Of a stretch of 64,000 bases of DNA, positions 17,733 through 25,927 are shown one piece after another (positions within the stretch are counted from its first letter, which is position 1; each line of letters opens with the position of its first letter). The notes beneath the pieces were generated by a model. It did not search any database. It was not told where the DNA came from and worked only from the letters and a program-made list of their open reading frames with translations. Both the position numbers and the translations under genes were made by a program. The stretch spans positions 3,348-67,347 of the forward strand of contig JAHFJJ010000002.1 of NCBI GenBank assembly GCA_023245895.1, given 5' to 3'. The DNA is from Candidatus Doudnabacteria bacterium (lineage in GTDB: Bacteria; Patescibacteriota; Doudnabacteria; UBA920).

Positions 17733-18530
17733 TTAAAATTTTTTAATTTCAGGAATACGCGAACCAAGTTCCGGTAATTTTTGTACTGCCGGCGACAGTT
17801 CCAGTCCCCTATTCGTAAATTTCAGCTCGCTCGCGGAAATAATAGCCATGTCCCTGGCCAAAGTTATGGCTTTGTCTAAATTCGTGCCTTTTAATTCCGC
17901 GCGCAAGTCTTGTTGCATTCCTTTCCAGGCATTGTCGCCGATGTTTTGAATATTAAAACGTCCAGGAAATAAAATCCGTAATGTGGCCATATCTACAGCT
18001 AAGCTTGGCCAATTTTTGAGTTTTTTTGAAAGACCAATGTTTAGGGTAATAGCAGTAAAATCTTCTTCGTTTACTTCCACTCTTTCAGGCAGCAACCTTT
18101 TCATTCGAGTAGCAAGGTCAAAATAAAGAGCGTCATTCCAATGCCTTAACGCAATGTTTTCCAAGTCCTCGCGGGCAATAAATTTTTCCCACTGGTCAGG
18201 CCATAACTGCCTAATTGACGCGGCGACATCCAAAAAAACCAGCTGGGCTTGAACGTGATTTACTTCCTTTACTCTCCTGGAAATCTGCTCGCTTAGTTCC
18301 GGGTTGGTTGCCGGATTGGGGAGGTTGGGAAAGCTTTCAGGCCTTATTAAGCGCAAATCCGCAATTCTTTCCCAGACATGGTAAGTTTGCTCTACTTCCT
18401 TCGCGTCTGCTTCCATGCGCCGCCAGTCGTCGGGTTTAATATCAAATTCCAGCAAGCCTTTTTCCGGAGTCTGGATATTAAAGTTCTTTATATTCAATTC
18501 TGCCGGGTTAACCAGCTGTTCTATGGACAT
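17733..18530 (-). CDS. Array paralog 5 (265 aa)
   Basis: MSIEQLVNPAELNIK ... IISASELKFTNRGLEL ... PEIKKF. Confidence 0.85.
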   Translation of the reverse strand: MSIEQLVNPAELNIKNFNIQTPEKGLLEFDIKPDDWRRMEADAKEVEQTYHVWERIADLRLIRPESFPNLPNPATNPELSEQISRRVKEVNHVQAQLVFLDVAASIRQLWPDQWEKFIAREDLENIALRHWNDALYFDLATRMKRLLPERVEVNEEDFTAITLNIGLSKKLKNWPSLAVDMATLRILFPGRFNIQNIGDNAWKGMQQDLRAELKGTNLDKAITLARDMAIISASELKFTNRGLELSPAVQKLPELGSRIPEIKKF

Positions 18531-18531
18531 A

Positions 18532-19365
18532 TTAAAAATTTTTAATTTCGGGCGTCGGTGGAGTCGCGGTTTCTGATTGTTTTTTTGGCATCACCAACTC
18601 CAAGCCCTGCTCTGTAATTTTAATTTCCTGGGCGGCTATCATTGCAAGGTCGCGGATCATGCCGGCTTGGTCCACGCTTTTAGTCTTTCCCTGGGCCAAT
18701 AAAAACTTTAAATGACTTCGCCAAATTTCCCAGGTTTGGCAATCAACTTTTAACTTTTTGGCGTCATCCGGAAGCAAAGCCTTAAAGGCCGCAAAATACG
18801 CGAGTTTTAAGCTAAAATCATCAGCCATAACCTGTTGCAAGGGTTCATTTATAGGTTCTCCTTTTGCCAGAGTTTCCAACCAGGGATCTGTGGGTATTTT
18901 ATCTAAACTGAGTTCACCCGCCCGGTCGGGAAACAGAACCCTCATATCAATTAAAAATCCCGGACCTACGTCGCCTGATGCCAGCTGCTCATTTCCTTTA
19001 CGCCACAGTTTCGGGGCGGTTCTAAAAGTTAGCGGTTCAAATTTATCCGGAAAAAGTTGCTTAAACCCCGCGTATTCCGTAACCACGGAATACCAAAGGT
19101 TTTCGTCAATTAACCCTTGAATCCTCCTTTTAAAAATATCACCCTCCGGCACCGGAATATGGGTAAACTTATCCGGCCGTACTTGCCGAAGCACAGCCAG
19201 CATGCCATAAAAGGCGGGATTGTCAGATATGGTTTGGCTTAAAAGTTCCCAATCCCTTTCGCTCACGTCCCGCTTAGGATCAAATTCAACGCCGGCCTGC
19301 GGCTGTTCCAGGTTCAGTTCTTTTATATTCAATTCTTGCCGATCAATCCGTTTTTCTATGGACAT
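18532..19365 (-). CDS. Array paralog 4 (277 aa)
   Basis: Start moved to MSIEKRIDRQELNIK; ends IAAQEIKITEQGLELVMP ... PEIKNF. Confidence 0.85.
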   Translation of the reverse strand: MSIEKRIDRQELNIKELNLEQPQAGVEFDPKRDVSERDWELLSQTISDNPAFYGMLAVLRQVRPDKFTHIPVPEGDIFKRRIQGLIDENLWYSVVTEYAGFKQLFPDKFEPLTFRTAPKLWRKGNEQLASGDVGPGFLIDMRVLFPDRAGELSLDKIPTDPWLETLAKGEPINEPLQQVMADDFSLKLAYFAAFKALLPDDAKKLKVDCQTWEIWRSHLKFLLAQGKTKSVDQAGMIRDLAMIAAQEIKITEQGLELVMPKKQSETATPPTPEIKNF

Positions 19366-19366
19366 A

Positions 19367-20203
19367 TTAAAAATGTTTAGCTTCCGGCAGCGGCGAGTCC
19401 GCTGTGAAATTTGTTTCCGGTAAAATAATAACTCCGCGTTCATCAATATGTGCGTCCGGGCAGGATAAAATTTTTAAATAACTTCCGACCCTCATCAGTT
19501 CGTAGGGAGCCCCCTGTTCTAGCCAAAATTTTTTAATGCCGCTCCAGTCTCGCGCTTTAATTAGGGGTTTTACATCCGGAGCCATTAACTTTAACGCTAC
19601 TGCTTTGGCTAAATCCGCACTTAAATGGAATTTTGAGTTGGGTGTTATAGCGAAAGATGTTTTTTTCATCTCCTCTATGGCTTTTTCCATAACTTGAGTC
19701 CATCGCATGCCTTTTAAATGCTGGGGAAAAACTTGCACCGCTTCCAAATGCTCATAGGGAAACGCAAGCGAACTTTCAATGCGGTCGTCAACCAGCTTCC
19801 AGTTCTCTTCCGAATTCCACTTTTTCCAAACATCGGTCCGCTCAGGAAACAGCCTTTTATATGCAGACGCGATACCTAAAAATTGCTGTACAGAAGGGCG
19901 GCTGCCTGTAGTCAGAGGCATTTCATTTGCCGCGGCTTCAAGAGCGCTGGCTAATTTTTCTGAAACTTGCGCATCGGGAAACAAAAATTTATAATTCGCC
20001 AAATAATCGGGCTTTTGCCCGAAAGCCGGCCTGCCTTCTTCCCAGTCACCGCTTATCCTAAGAAAGTTTTGCAGGCAGACCTCTCTGGTATTTTTTGGAA
20101 TTTCAACCTCGGGGTTAAATTTAAACCCGTCCACAGGCTCCTGTTCAAAGCTCAGCTCCTGGACTTTTAATTCGTTCGGGTCAATGCGTTTTTCAATGGC
20201 CAT
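19367..20203 (-). CDS. Array paralog 3 (278 aa)
   Basis: MAIEKRIDPNELKVQ ... ILSCPDAHIDERGVIILP ... PEAKHF. Confidence 0.85.
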   Translation of the reverse strand: MAIEKRIDPNELKVQELSFEQEPVDGFKFNPEVEIPKNTREVCLQNFLRISGDWEEGRPAFGQKPDYLANYKFLFPDAQVSEKLASALEAAANEMPLTTGSRPSVQQFLGIASAYKRLFPERTDVWKKWNSEENWKLVDDRIESSLAFPYEHLEAVQVFPQHLKGMRWTQVMEKAIEEMKKTSFAITPNSKFHLSADLAKAVALKLMAPDVKPLIKARDWSGIKKFWLEQGAPYELMRVGSYLKILSCPDAHIDERGVIILPETNFTADSPLPEAKHF

Positions 20204-20204
20204 A

Positions 20205-21011
20205 TTAAAAATGTTTAGTTTCCGGAGGGCCGGTTTTGTTGTCAGTCTGCATTTCTGTTAAATTGCCCAACTCCAGGCCATTGTTTGTAACTTTTACTGT
20301 AGAAGCCGAGGCAATAACTGCGTTTACCGCATTTTCTGAAACCGGGAAAAGATCTGTTAATTCTGTCCCTGCCTTTAGTACTCCTTTTATAGCTTGGAAG
20401 TGTTTGGGTGTTAATTCAGGGTCAAAATTAGGTTTAACAATTCTCATACTGGCGGCGAAGCGGAATAGTTTTTCAATGGGCGCCTTCTCTTTCATTTCAG
20501 CCATGGTGGCTTCCAAAACACCCCAAAACTCCGGCGTAAGATATTTGTCCATAGGCAGGCCAATAATTTTTATTTCCGCTAAATGCAGCAATTGATAATA
20601 AGGTTCCATATTCGGGTCTGTCAGGAACACTTCTATAGACTCCGCTTCTTCCTGGCTGAATACAAATTTTTTTGAAGGCTGTAGAATCTTGATTGCTAAA
20701 GCTAGCGGTAAAAAGTCGCCCCACTCTTCGTCTTTTTTGTCAGTTTGTAATTCGTTTTCAATTTTAGTAAATTCTTCAGTCTCGATTTTTGGAGCTTCGT
20801 TTGGATACAAGATTTTGAGGTTTGCAGACATTAACGCGACATAATATCTACTACTTCCAGCCCTATAAGATTCTAAATCTCTAAACAAGCCCTGTTTTTG
20901 GCTTTGACTGAAGTCTCTTTTTGGATTAAAAAGGAAAGGCTGTTGCTTTTCGTTGAGGCTCAGTTCTTTGATATTCAGCCCTTCTTGGCTTATTCGTTTT
21001 CCAATAGGCAT
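20205..21011 (-). CDS. Array paralog 2 (268 aa)
   Basis: Start moved to MPIGKRISQEGLNIK; ends VKVTNNGLEL ... PETKHF. Confidence 0.85.
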   Translation of the reverse strand: MPIGKRISQEGLNIKELSLNEKQQPFLFNPKRDFSQSQKQGLFRDLESYRAGSSRYYVALMSANLKILYPNEAPKIETEEFTKIENELQTDKKDEEWGDFLPLALAIKILQPSKKFVFSQEEAESIEVFLTDPNMEPYYQLLHLAEIKIIGLPMDKYLTPEFWGVLEATMAEMKEKAPIEKLFRFAASMRIVKPNFDPELTPKHFQAIKGVLKAGTELTDLFPVSENAVNAVIASASTVKVTNNGLELGNLTEMQTDNKTGPPETKHF

Positions 21012-21012
21012 A

Positions 21013-21876
21013 TTAAAAATGTTTAATTTGTGGGGCGTCAAATTTTGGCTTTCCGATGGGTGTAACCGGCATAACAAATTTAATCCTATTGTCTTCAACC
21101 ACAATGCGTTCCGCGGCCAAAGCTTGCAAAGTTGCCGCAACATTTAAAAATGTAGTCCAATTGCCCCTCTTCCGCCATCCTTCAAGGATGTCCCTTAGTT
21201 TTTTTACAGGCGGCAATTTCCCCTGCCAATGTGCGGCAAGTTCCGGGAAAGCGTACTTAATAGCGGCGGTTCTATTGATAAGCACGGAAGTTTCGTTTAA
21301 GTGTTTTTTGTTGTCACTATATTGTTTGTAAGCCCATTCCCAGGCAGTGGCACAAAACTGTTTTGCTTCTTCCGGCAGAGGTTCGGTCGGATAACAAATT
21401 GCGAAATTTTTAATTAACTTTACACCCTCATCAATCCAGTTGGTTGTCGTGTAATACAAAACGCTTTCTTTTAAAAGCTTAAATATTTCCGGGTTTTTTA
21501 AAATTTGCGCGCAATTCTGCGGGAACAAAATTTTCATCATCATTAGAGCCTCTGCTAGTTTTCCCGGTTTGCTTTCAGTTAAGTGTTGTTCTATTATAGT
21601 TTTTAAATTTTCTTCCTTAACAAAAGTTTTATTCTCATATGGAAAGTGCAAAAGCTGCGCGGGCGCCAAATAGTAGATGCTGGCGTACAAGTCATTTTCC
21701 GCTCTGGGCGCGCCGGAAGCTTTTTTAAAACTTACCAAAGACTCCAATATCCTGGTTTTGTCTGAATCTGTTATGTCGCGATTGGCATCAAATAAAATTT
21801 CAGTACTTTGGGAGCTTTCCAAAGATAAATCCTGAATTTTTATTTCTTGCGGATCAATCCGTGTTTCTATGGCCAT
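21013..21876 (-). CDS. Array paralog 1 (287 aa)
   Basis: Start moved to MAIETRIDPQEIKIQ; ends LAAERIVVEDNRIKFVMP ... PQIKHF. Confidence 0.85.
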   Translation of the reverse strand: MAIETRIDPQEIKIQDLSLESSQSTEILFDANRDITDSDKTRILESLVSFKKASGAPRAENDLYASIYYLAPAQLLHFPYENKTFVKEENLKTIIEQHLTESKPGKLAEALMMMKILFPQNCAQILKNPEIFKLLKESVLYYTTTNWIDEGVKLIKNFAICYPTEPLPEEAKQFCATAWEWAYKQYSDNKKHLNETSVLINRTAAIKYAFPELAAHWQGKLPPVKKLRDILEGWRKRGNWTTFLNVAATLQALAAERIVVEDNRIKFVMPVTPIGKPKFDAPQIKHF

Positions 21877-21882
21877 AGTCTT

Positions 21883-21913
21883 AAAAAACAAGCCGGAGTT
21901 TCCGCTCCGGCTC
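21883..21913 (-). terminator. Terminator-like hairpin between the ATPase and the paralog array
   Basis: Minus strand AGCCGGAG-cggaaa-CTCCGGCT-TGTTTTTT, ending just before the first paralog ATG. Confidence 0.7.
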
Positions 21914-21919
21914 GTTAGG

Positions 21920-24043
21920 TTAAAATTGCTTTGCCGCGGGCACGAATTCGGTGGTGGCAAAACCCTGCAAACCGCGGATTTGCTTTATTATTTCTTCAAA
22001 ATCTTTTTTAGTGTCTTCCGAAGCCTTTTTGCGCTCATCATAAGCTTCCTGGCCAATATAGCCCATGATTTTGTCTTTTAATTTTTCGTCATCCATAAGA
22101 ATGCCTACGCTGGTAAGCATATCCACAACCGCTTTGGGGTTTTCACTGCCTTCAAATTGCTTGTAGCTTTCCACCATCACCTGGTAAACCGCTTCGTCAA
22201 AGGACATTTTGCTTGCCTGATAGAGCGGTTTTTTGTTTTTTGCGTCGCGGTAGAGAACAAGTTTTTCCCCAAGGTCCCGGATGGTACGGTAAGAAAGCGG
22301 AATCGTCTGCCTTTTGCCTTCCAAAAAAGAGCGTATTTTAGGAAAGGCTTCGTTAATTAAGGTGTAAAGTTTTCCTAAGTCTTCTTTAGAGCGCAAGAAT
22401 GTGCCGTCGGGGTTAGCCAGCGCGGAAAGCGACACCAACATTTCCTCTTTGCGTGGCGGGTAGGGAATTTCCATAACTTTGCCTTCGGCGCGCGAAGCCA
22501 AAGCTTCCGGGACTTCAAAGACACCATGCTTGCGTTCAATGTTGGCGGTAAAATACATCCTCCAATTATCGGGAATCGGAATACGCTCATCGTTATCCGC
22601 AAAATACCAATCCTCCCCGGGTTTGGCAGTTAAAAGCCCGTAAATTAAGCTCCAGTTTTTGTTTTTGTTAAATTCGTCCATTAGCACGCTGTCCCCCCGC
22701 CTTAGGGCCGCTGTAATAACCCCGTCGCGCCAGCCGTTCTTTTTGACAATATGCGCGAACTTTTTGGCCAACTCCCCGCGGAAAGCCGCCTCGGCCATGT
22801 TTACAACTTTGGTTTGTAAGTCGCGCAATTGCGGTACATCTGCTGCCTTGGTTTTTTCAGCTGCCTGCAAAGATTCCTGTATTTGGGCTATTGCTGTAAC
22901 AGCCGCCTCGTCCGGATTGAGATGCAAAGTTTCCCCAAGGAGCTTGCTGTGTTCGGAAACAAAATCCCTAAATTTTTCAGGATCCAGTCCTCGAAGGTCA
23001 TCGCTCAGCTTATTATAGTACTCAGTTGGGTCTTTAAATTCCAAAGATTTTGAACCGTAGAGCATGTAGCGGGTTACATCTTCGGACAAATCAAGATAAA
23101 CATAATTCCTGCCTTTTTCTTCCAGGTAATGGCGGACAAGCGTGGTCTTGCCCACGCCCGGAGGCCCAACTAAAACGCCGCCGACTGTGGTGCGCTGGTG
23201 CTGGGTTTCCCATTCATGGAGCATGTTTAAAGAATGGATGACGCTTTGCGTTTCCACTACATCTTCGCCTTCTGAAAATTGTTTTAAAACAGTTTCTATT
23301 TCTTCTTTGCCGGAAAAATACCTGACCATGGGGTCTTCCCACAGTTCCTCTATTTTAGCCCTGGCCGCGGCGAGTTCTTCTTGCAGCTGCTTTTTTGAAC
23401 GCGGAAGTTTGCGCTCTTTTTGAGTTTTAAATTCTTTTAAGGCGTTTACATACTCCTCTGATTCCTCATCAAAAATAGTTTTTAGCGCCTGTTCAATATT
23501 GTTGACATCGTCAGTTTGGACTTCGTCTGAAACCGACTGGCGCTGGCTTACGGCCTCGGCGCGGGCGTAAGAAATATCATCCAGGCCTTCGGCGCTGGCA
23601 AAGCTTGCCTGCTCAAGCAAGCCTGAAAGTTGGGTCGCGGTTTTAAGGCTATTTTTAAACTCTAAATAGTCAAGCTTCGAGCGGATGTATTCCCTATAGG
23701 CTTTTTCAAAAGACAGCTTTTCTTCGTCGCCCAGCCAGCCTTCAATTTCCGTTTTTTTGGCCTTATAATGTTGGGCGGCTAAAAATCTGTCATCGGCGCT
23801 TTTTGCAGACTTAACAATGCTCCTCAAATCCTGGGCTTGTTTTATCAAGAGCTGGAATTGTTCAATAGCTTTAAGGCGCAAATCACGTTCAAGTTCCGGG
23901 ACATTTTCCAAAGCTTGCTCGCGGGCTTCCCTTAAAACCCTATTTGCTTCAGGCTGTGTTTTTGTCTTTCTGCTTTCCTTTGCGGCGGCTTTTACTTCGG
24001 GCACTTCCCCACCCAAATGACGCGGCAATAGACGTTCGGGCAT
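21920..24043 (-). CDS. AAA+ ATPase, MoxR/AAA_5 (dynein-related) type, with long helical N-terminus
   Basis: Walker A GPPGVGKT, WRDG..AALRRG, Walker B VLMDEFN, sensor FTAN, ALASR arginine finger, SYRT sensor II; ~100-aa helical insert between Walker A and B. Confidence 0.9.
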   Translation of the reverse strand: MPERLLPRHLGGEVPEVKAAAKESRKTKTQPEANRVLREAREQALENVPELERDLRLKAIEQFQLLIKQAQDLRSIVKSAKSADDRFLAAQHYKAKKTEIEGWLGDEEKLSFEKAYREYIRSKLDYLEFKNSLKTATQLSGLLEQASFASAEGLDDISYARAEAVSQRQSVSDEVQTDDVNNIEQALKTIFDEESEEYVNALKEFKTQKERKLPRSKKQLQEELAAARAKIEELWEDPMVRYFSGKEEIETVLKQFSEGEDVVETQSVIHSLNMLHEWETQHQRTTVGGVLVGPPGVGKTTLVRHYLEEKGRNYVYLDLSEDVTRYMLYGSKSLEFKDPTEYYNKLSDDLRGLDPEKFRDFVSEHSKLLGETLHLNPDEAAVTAIAQIQESLQAAEKTKAADVPQLRDLQTKVVNMAEAAFRGELAKKFAHIVKKNGWRDGVITAALRRGDSVLMDEFNKNKNWSLIYGLLTAKPGEDWYFADNDERIPIPDNWRMYFTANIERKHGVFEVPEALASRAEGKVMEIPYPPRKEEMLVSLSALANPDGTFLRSKEDLGKLYTLINEAFPKIRSFLEGKRQTIPLSYRTIRDLGEKLVLYRDAKNKKPLYQASKMSFDEAVYQVMVESYKQFEGSENPKAVVDMLTSVGILMDDEKLKDKIMGYIGQEAYDERKKASEDTKKDFEEIIKQIRGLQGFATTEFVPAAKQF

Positions 24044-24261
24044 ATATTTTGGTTAATTTAAAGTTGGTTTCTTTTGTTGATTTTAGGCTAAAACACCCTT
24101 TAATTATAATATAAATTTTGTTATTTTGCAAAAAGGCTTTTATTATAGGCAATCCGAGCTTATTCCCTTAAAGTAAAAAATTGATTTCAGCCCACAAACA
24201 CAATGGGCTGCGCTAAGCGCAGCCCGAATTCAAGCCTTAAAATCTTCTTCTTGTAGTATTA

Positions 24262-24337
24262 TGGAGCCCAAGTGCGGAATTGAACCGCAGACCTTCTCCT
24301 TACCATGGAGATGCTCTACCAACTGAGCTACTTGGGC
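24262..24337 (-). tRNA. tRNA-Thr(GGU)
   Basis: GCCCAAGTAGCTCAGTTGGTAGAGCATCTCCATGGTAAGGAGAAGGTCTGCGGTTCAATTCCGCACTTGGGCTCCA. Confidence 0.95.
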
Positions 24338-24356
24338 GTGTATTATAGAAACAATT

Positions 24357-24386
24357 TCCGCCAAAGGCGGATCCGCCTTTGGCGGA
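24357..24386. repeat. Doublet of 15-nt palindrome TCCGCCnnnGGCGGA
   Basis: Same unit at 1346-1375 (doublet), 1541-1555, 40494-40508, 43390-43404 and 44261-44275. Confidence 0.85.
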
Positions 24387-24397
24387 AACAGGCAGAA

Positions 24398-25156
24398 TCA
24401 ATCCCGCACTTTTAACTTAGGCTGTTTCATTTTTGCCATTGCCTGCAAAAATTTAGGATTATGCGGCTCCAGCTCCAAAGCTTTCTTTAGGGCGTCTTCG
24501 GATTCCTCATGTTTGCCGCAGGCCTGGAGGCTTAAACTTAGGTTATAATAACGGTTCGGCTGGGTTGAATCAAGAGCCAGGGATTTTTTGTAGCCTTCGG
24601 CGGCCTGCTGGTAATATTTGGTTTGGTACAGGCAGTAAGCCAGGCGCGCCTGGTAATCGGGGTTTGACGGCTGGTGGTTTACCAAGTATTGGTAAATATC
24701 CCTTGCGTCGTTCAGGCTTTCTTTCTCCAAATAAAATTTACCTAACGCGTCGTAGTTGGAAAGGTTTTTAGGCTGAACTTTTATGGTATCAAGATAGTAC
24801 TGTTCGTTTTTTACCTCATGCAAAGTCTGGGGTTGGGGGCTGGCCGGCTTGTTGAATAAAGGCAGCCTGCCGCCAAAAATTTTTTTCATTTTGTAGCCGG
24901 CCGCGGCATGCGGCTTTAAGTCCTTGGCTTCCAAAATAAAATTCCAGCTTCTCATTACCGTAGTGGCCAAAACCACTTTTATTTTGGATATTGCTTGCGC
25001 AGGCAGGCCTTTTTCTATTAGCTTTTTTTCCGCCGCCGCGGCCAGGGGCTGGTTTTTTTGCAAACTGGCCGCCTCCGGCAAATGTCTAAGGATTATAAGC
25101 AGTATCCCCAGGACGGAAAAGATAAAAATAATATTGGGCAGGATTTGGTAAGGCAA
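24398..25156 (-). CDS. Membrane-anchored tetratricopeptide repeat protein
   Basis: N-terminal TM helix; C-terminal TPRs (YDALGKFY, YQARLAYCLY..A..YKKSLALD, YYNLSLSL..ALKKALELEP); TTG start. Confidence 0.85.
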   Translation of the reverse strand: MPYQILPNIIFIFSVLGILLIILRHLPEAASLQKNQPLAAAAEKKLIEKGLPAQAISKIKVVLATTVMRSWNFILEAKDLKPHAAAGYKMKKIFGGRLPLFNKPASPQPQTLHEVKNEQYYLDTIKVQPKNLSNYDALGKFYLEKESLNDARDIYQYLVNHQPSNPDYQARLAYCLYQTKYYQQAAEGYKKSLALDSTQPNRYYNLSLSLQACGKHEESEDALKKALELEPHNPKFLQAMAKMKQPKLKVRD

Positions 25157-25249
25157 GGAAGTTAACAGGTAACTTATAATTTATAACTAGTAACATAATA
25201 ACATATTTTGTGTTACTTGTTATAACTTTATTGTTATTTGTTTTCCTCG

Positions 25250-25831
25250 CTAGTTCCCTAGTACAAACCTCGCGAATCTTTTAACCACCACATTCTCCCC
25301 CATTTTGGAAACCGCCTGGGCGACCAAATCTTTGACCTTTAAGTCGGGATTTTTGGCAAAAGGCTGTTCCATTAAGCAGACCTCTTCGTAGTATTTGGAA
25401 ATTTTGCCTTCAAGTATCTTGTTTACAATTTCTTCAGGCTTGCCTTTTACCTCTTCCTTGTAGATTTCCTTTTCTTTCTCCACAACTTCGGCTGGAACAT
25501 CTGCCACGCTTACGTACAAAGGGTTAGCCGCGGCAATGTGCAGGGCTAGGTCTTTGGCCAGCTGTTTAAAGTCGTCGGTGCGGGCCACAAAGTCAGTCTC
25601 GCAGTTGACTTCCACCAGGACCCCTACGCGGGAACCCGGGTGAATATAGGCTTCAACAATGCCTTCATTGGCAACGCGGTCGGCCTTTTTGCCGGCTTTA
25701 AGGGCGCCTTTTTTGCGCAAAAATTCTACCACTTTGTCTTTGTCATGGCCAATTTCGGCCAGCGCGTTCTTAATTTCTAAAATTCCGGCGCCGGTAATTT
25801 CCCGGAGCTCTTTTATTAAATCGTTAGACAT
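25250..25831 (-). CDS. tsf: Elongation factor Ts (short form)
   Basis: IKELREITGAG, EGIVEAYIH, VEVNCETDFVA, VKRFARF. Confidence 0.97.
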   Translation of the reverse strand: MSNDLIKELREITGAGILEIKNALAEIGHDKDKVVEFLRKKGALKAGKKADRVANEGIVEAYIHPGSRVGVLVEVNCETDFVARTDDFKQLAKDLALHIAAANPLYVSVADVPAEVVEKEKEIYKEEVKGKPEEIVNKILEGKISKYYEEVCLMEQPFAKNPDLKVKDLVAQAVSKMGENVVVKRFARFVLGN

Positions 25832-25927
25832 AAATACATTTATTTAATTTCTATTTATTTCAACTTTATTTCCATTTATTTCGCTTTGAAATACGGTAGA
25901 AATACGCTTCGCGAAATAGATTGAAAT

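Noticed and set aside
11141-21876. Array as an integron, DGR or CRISPR-like locus
   Set aside because: No attC palindromes or intergenic space, no integrase, reverse transcriptase or TR/VR pair, and the repeated units are coding junctions about 0.8 kb apart
11141-21876. Array as polymorphic toxin-immunity pairs
   Set aside because: All 13 genes are one family of similar size, with no alternating small immunity genes and no recognisable toxin motif
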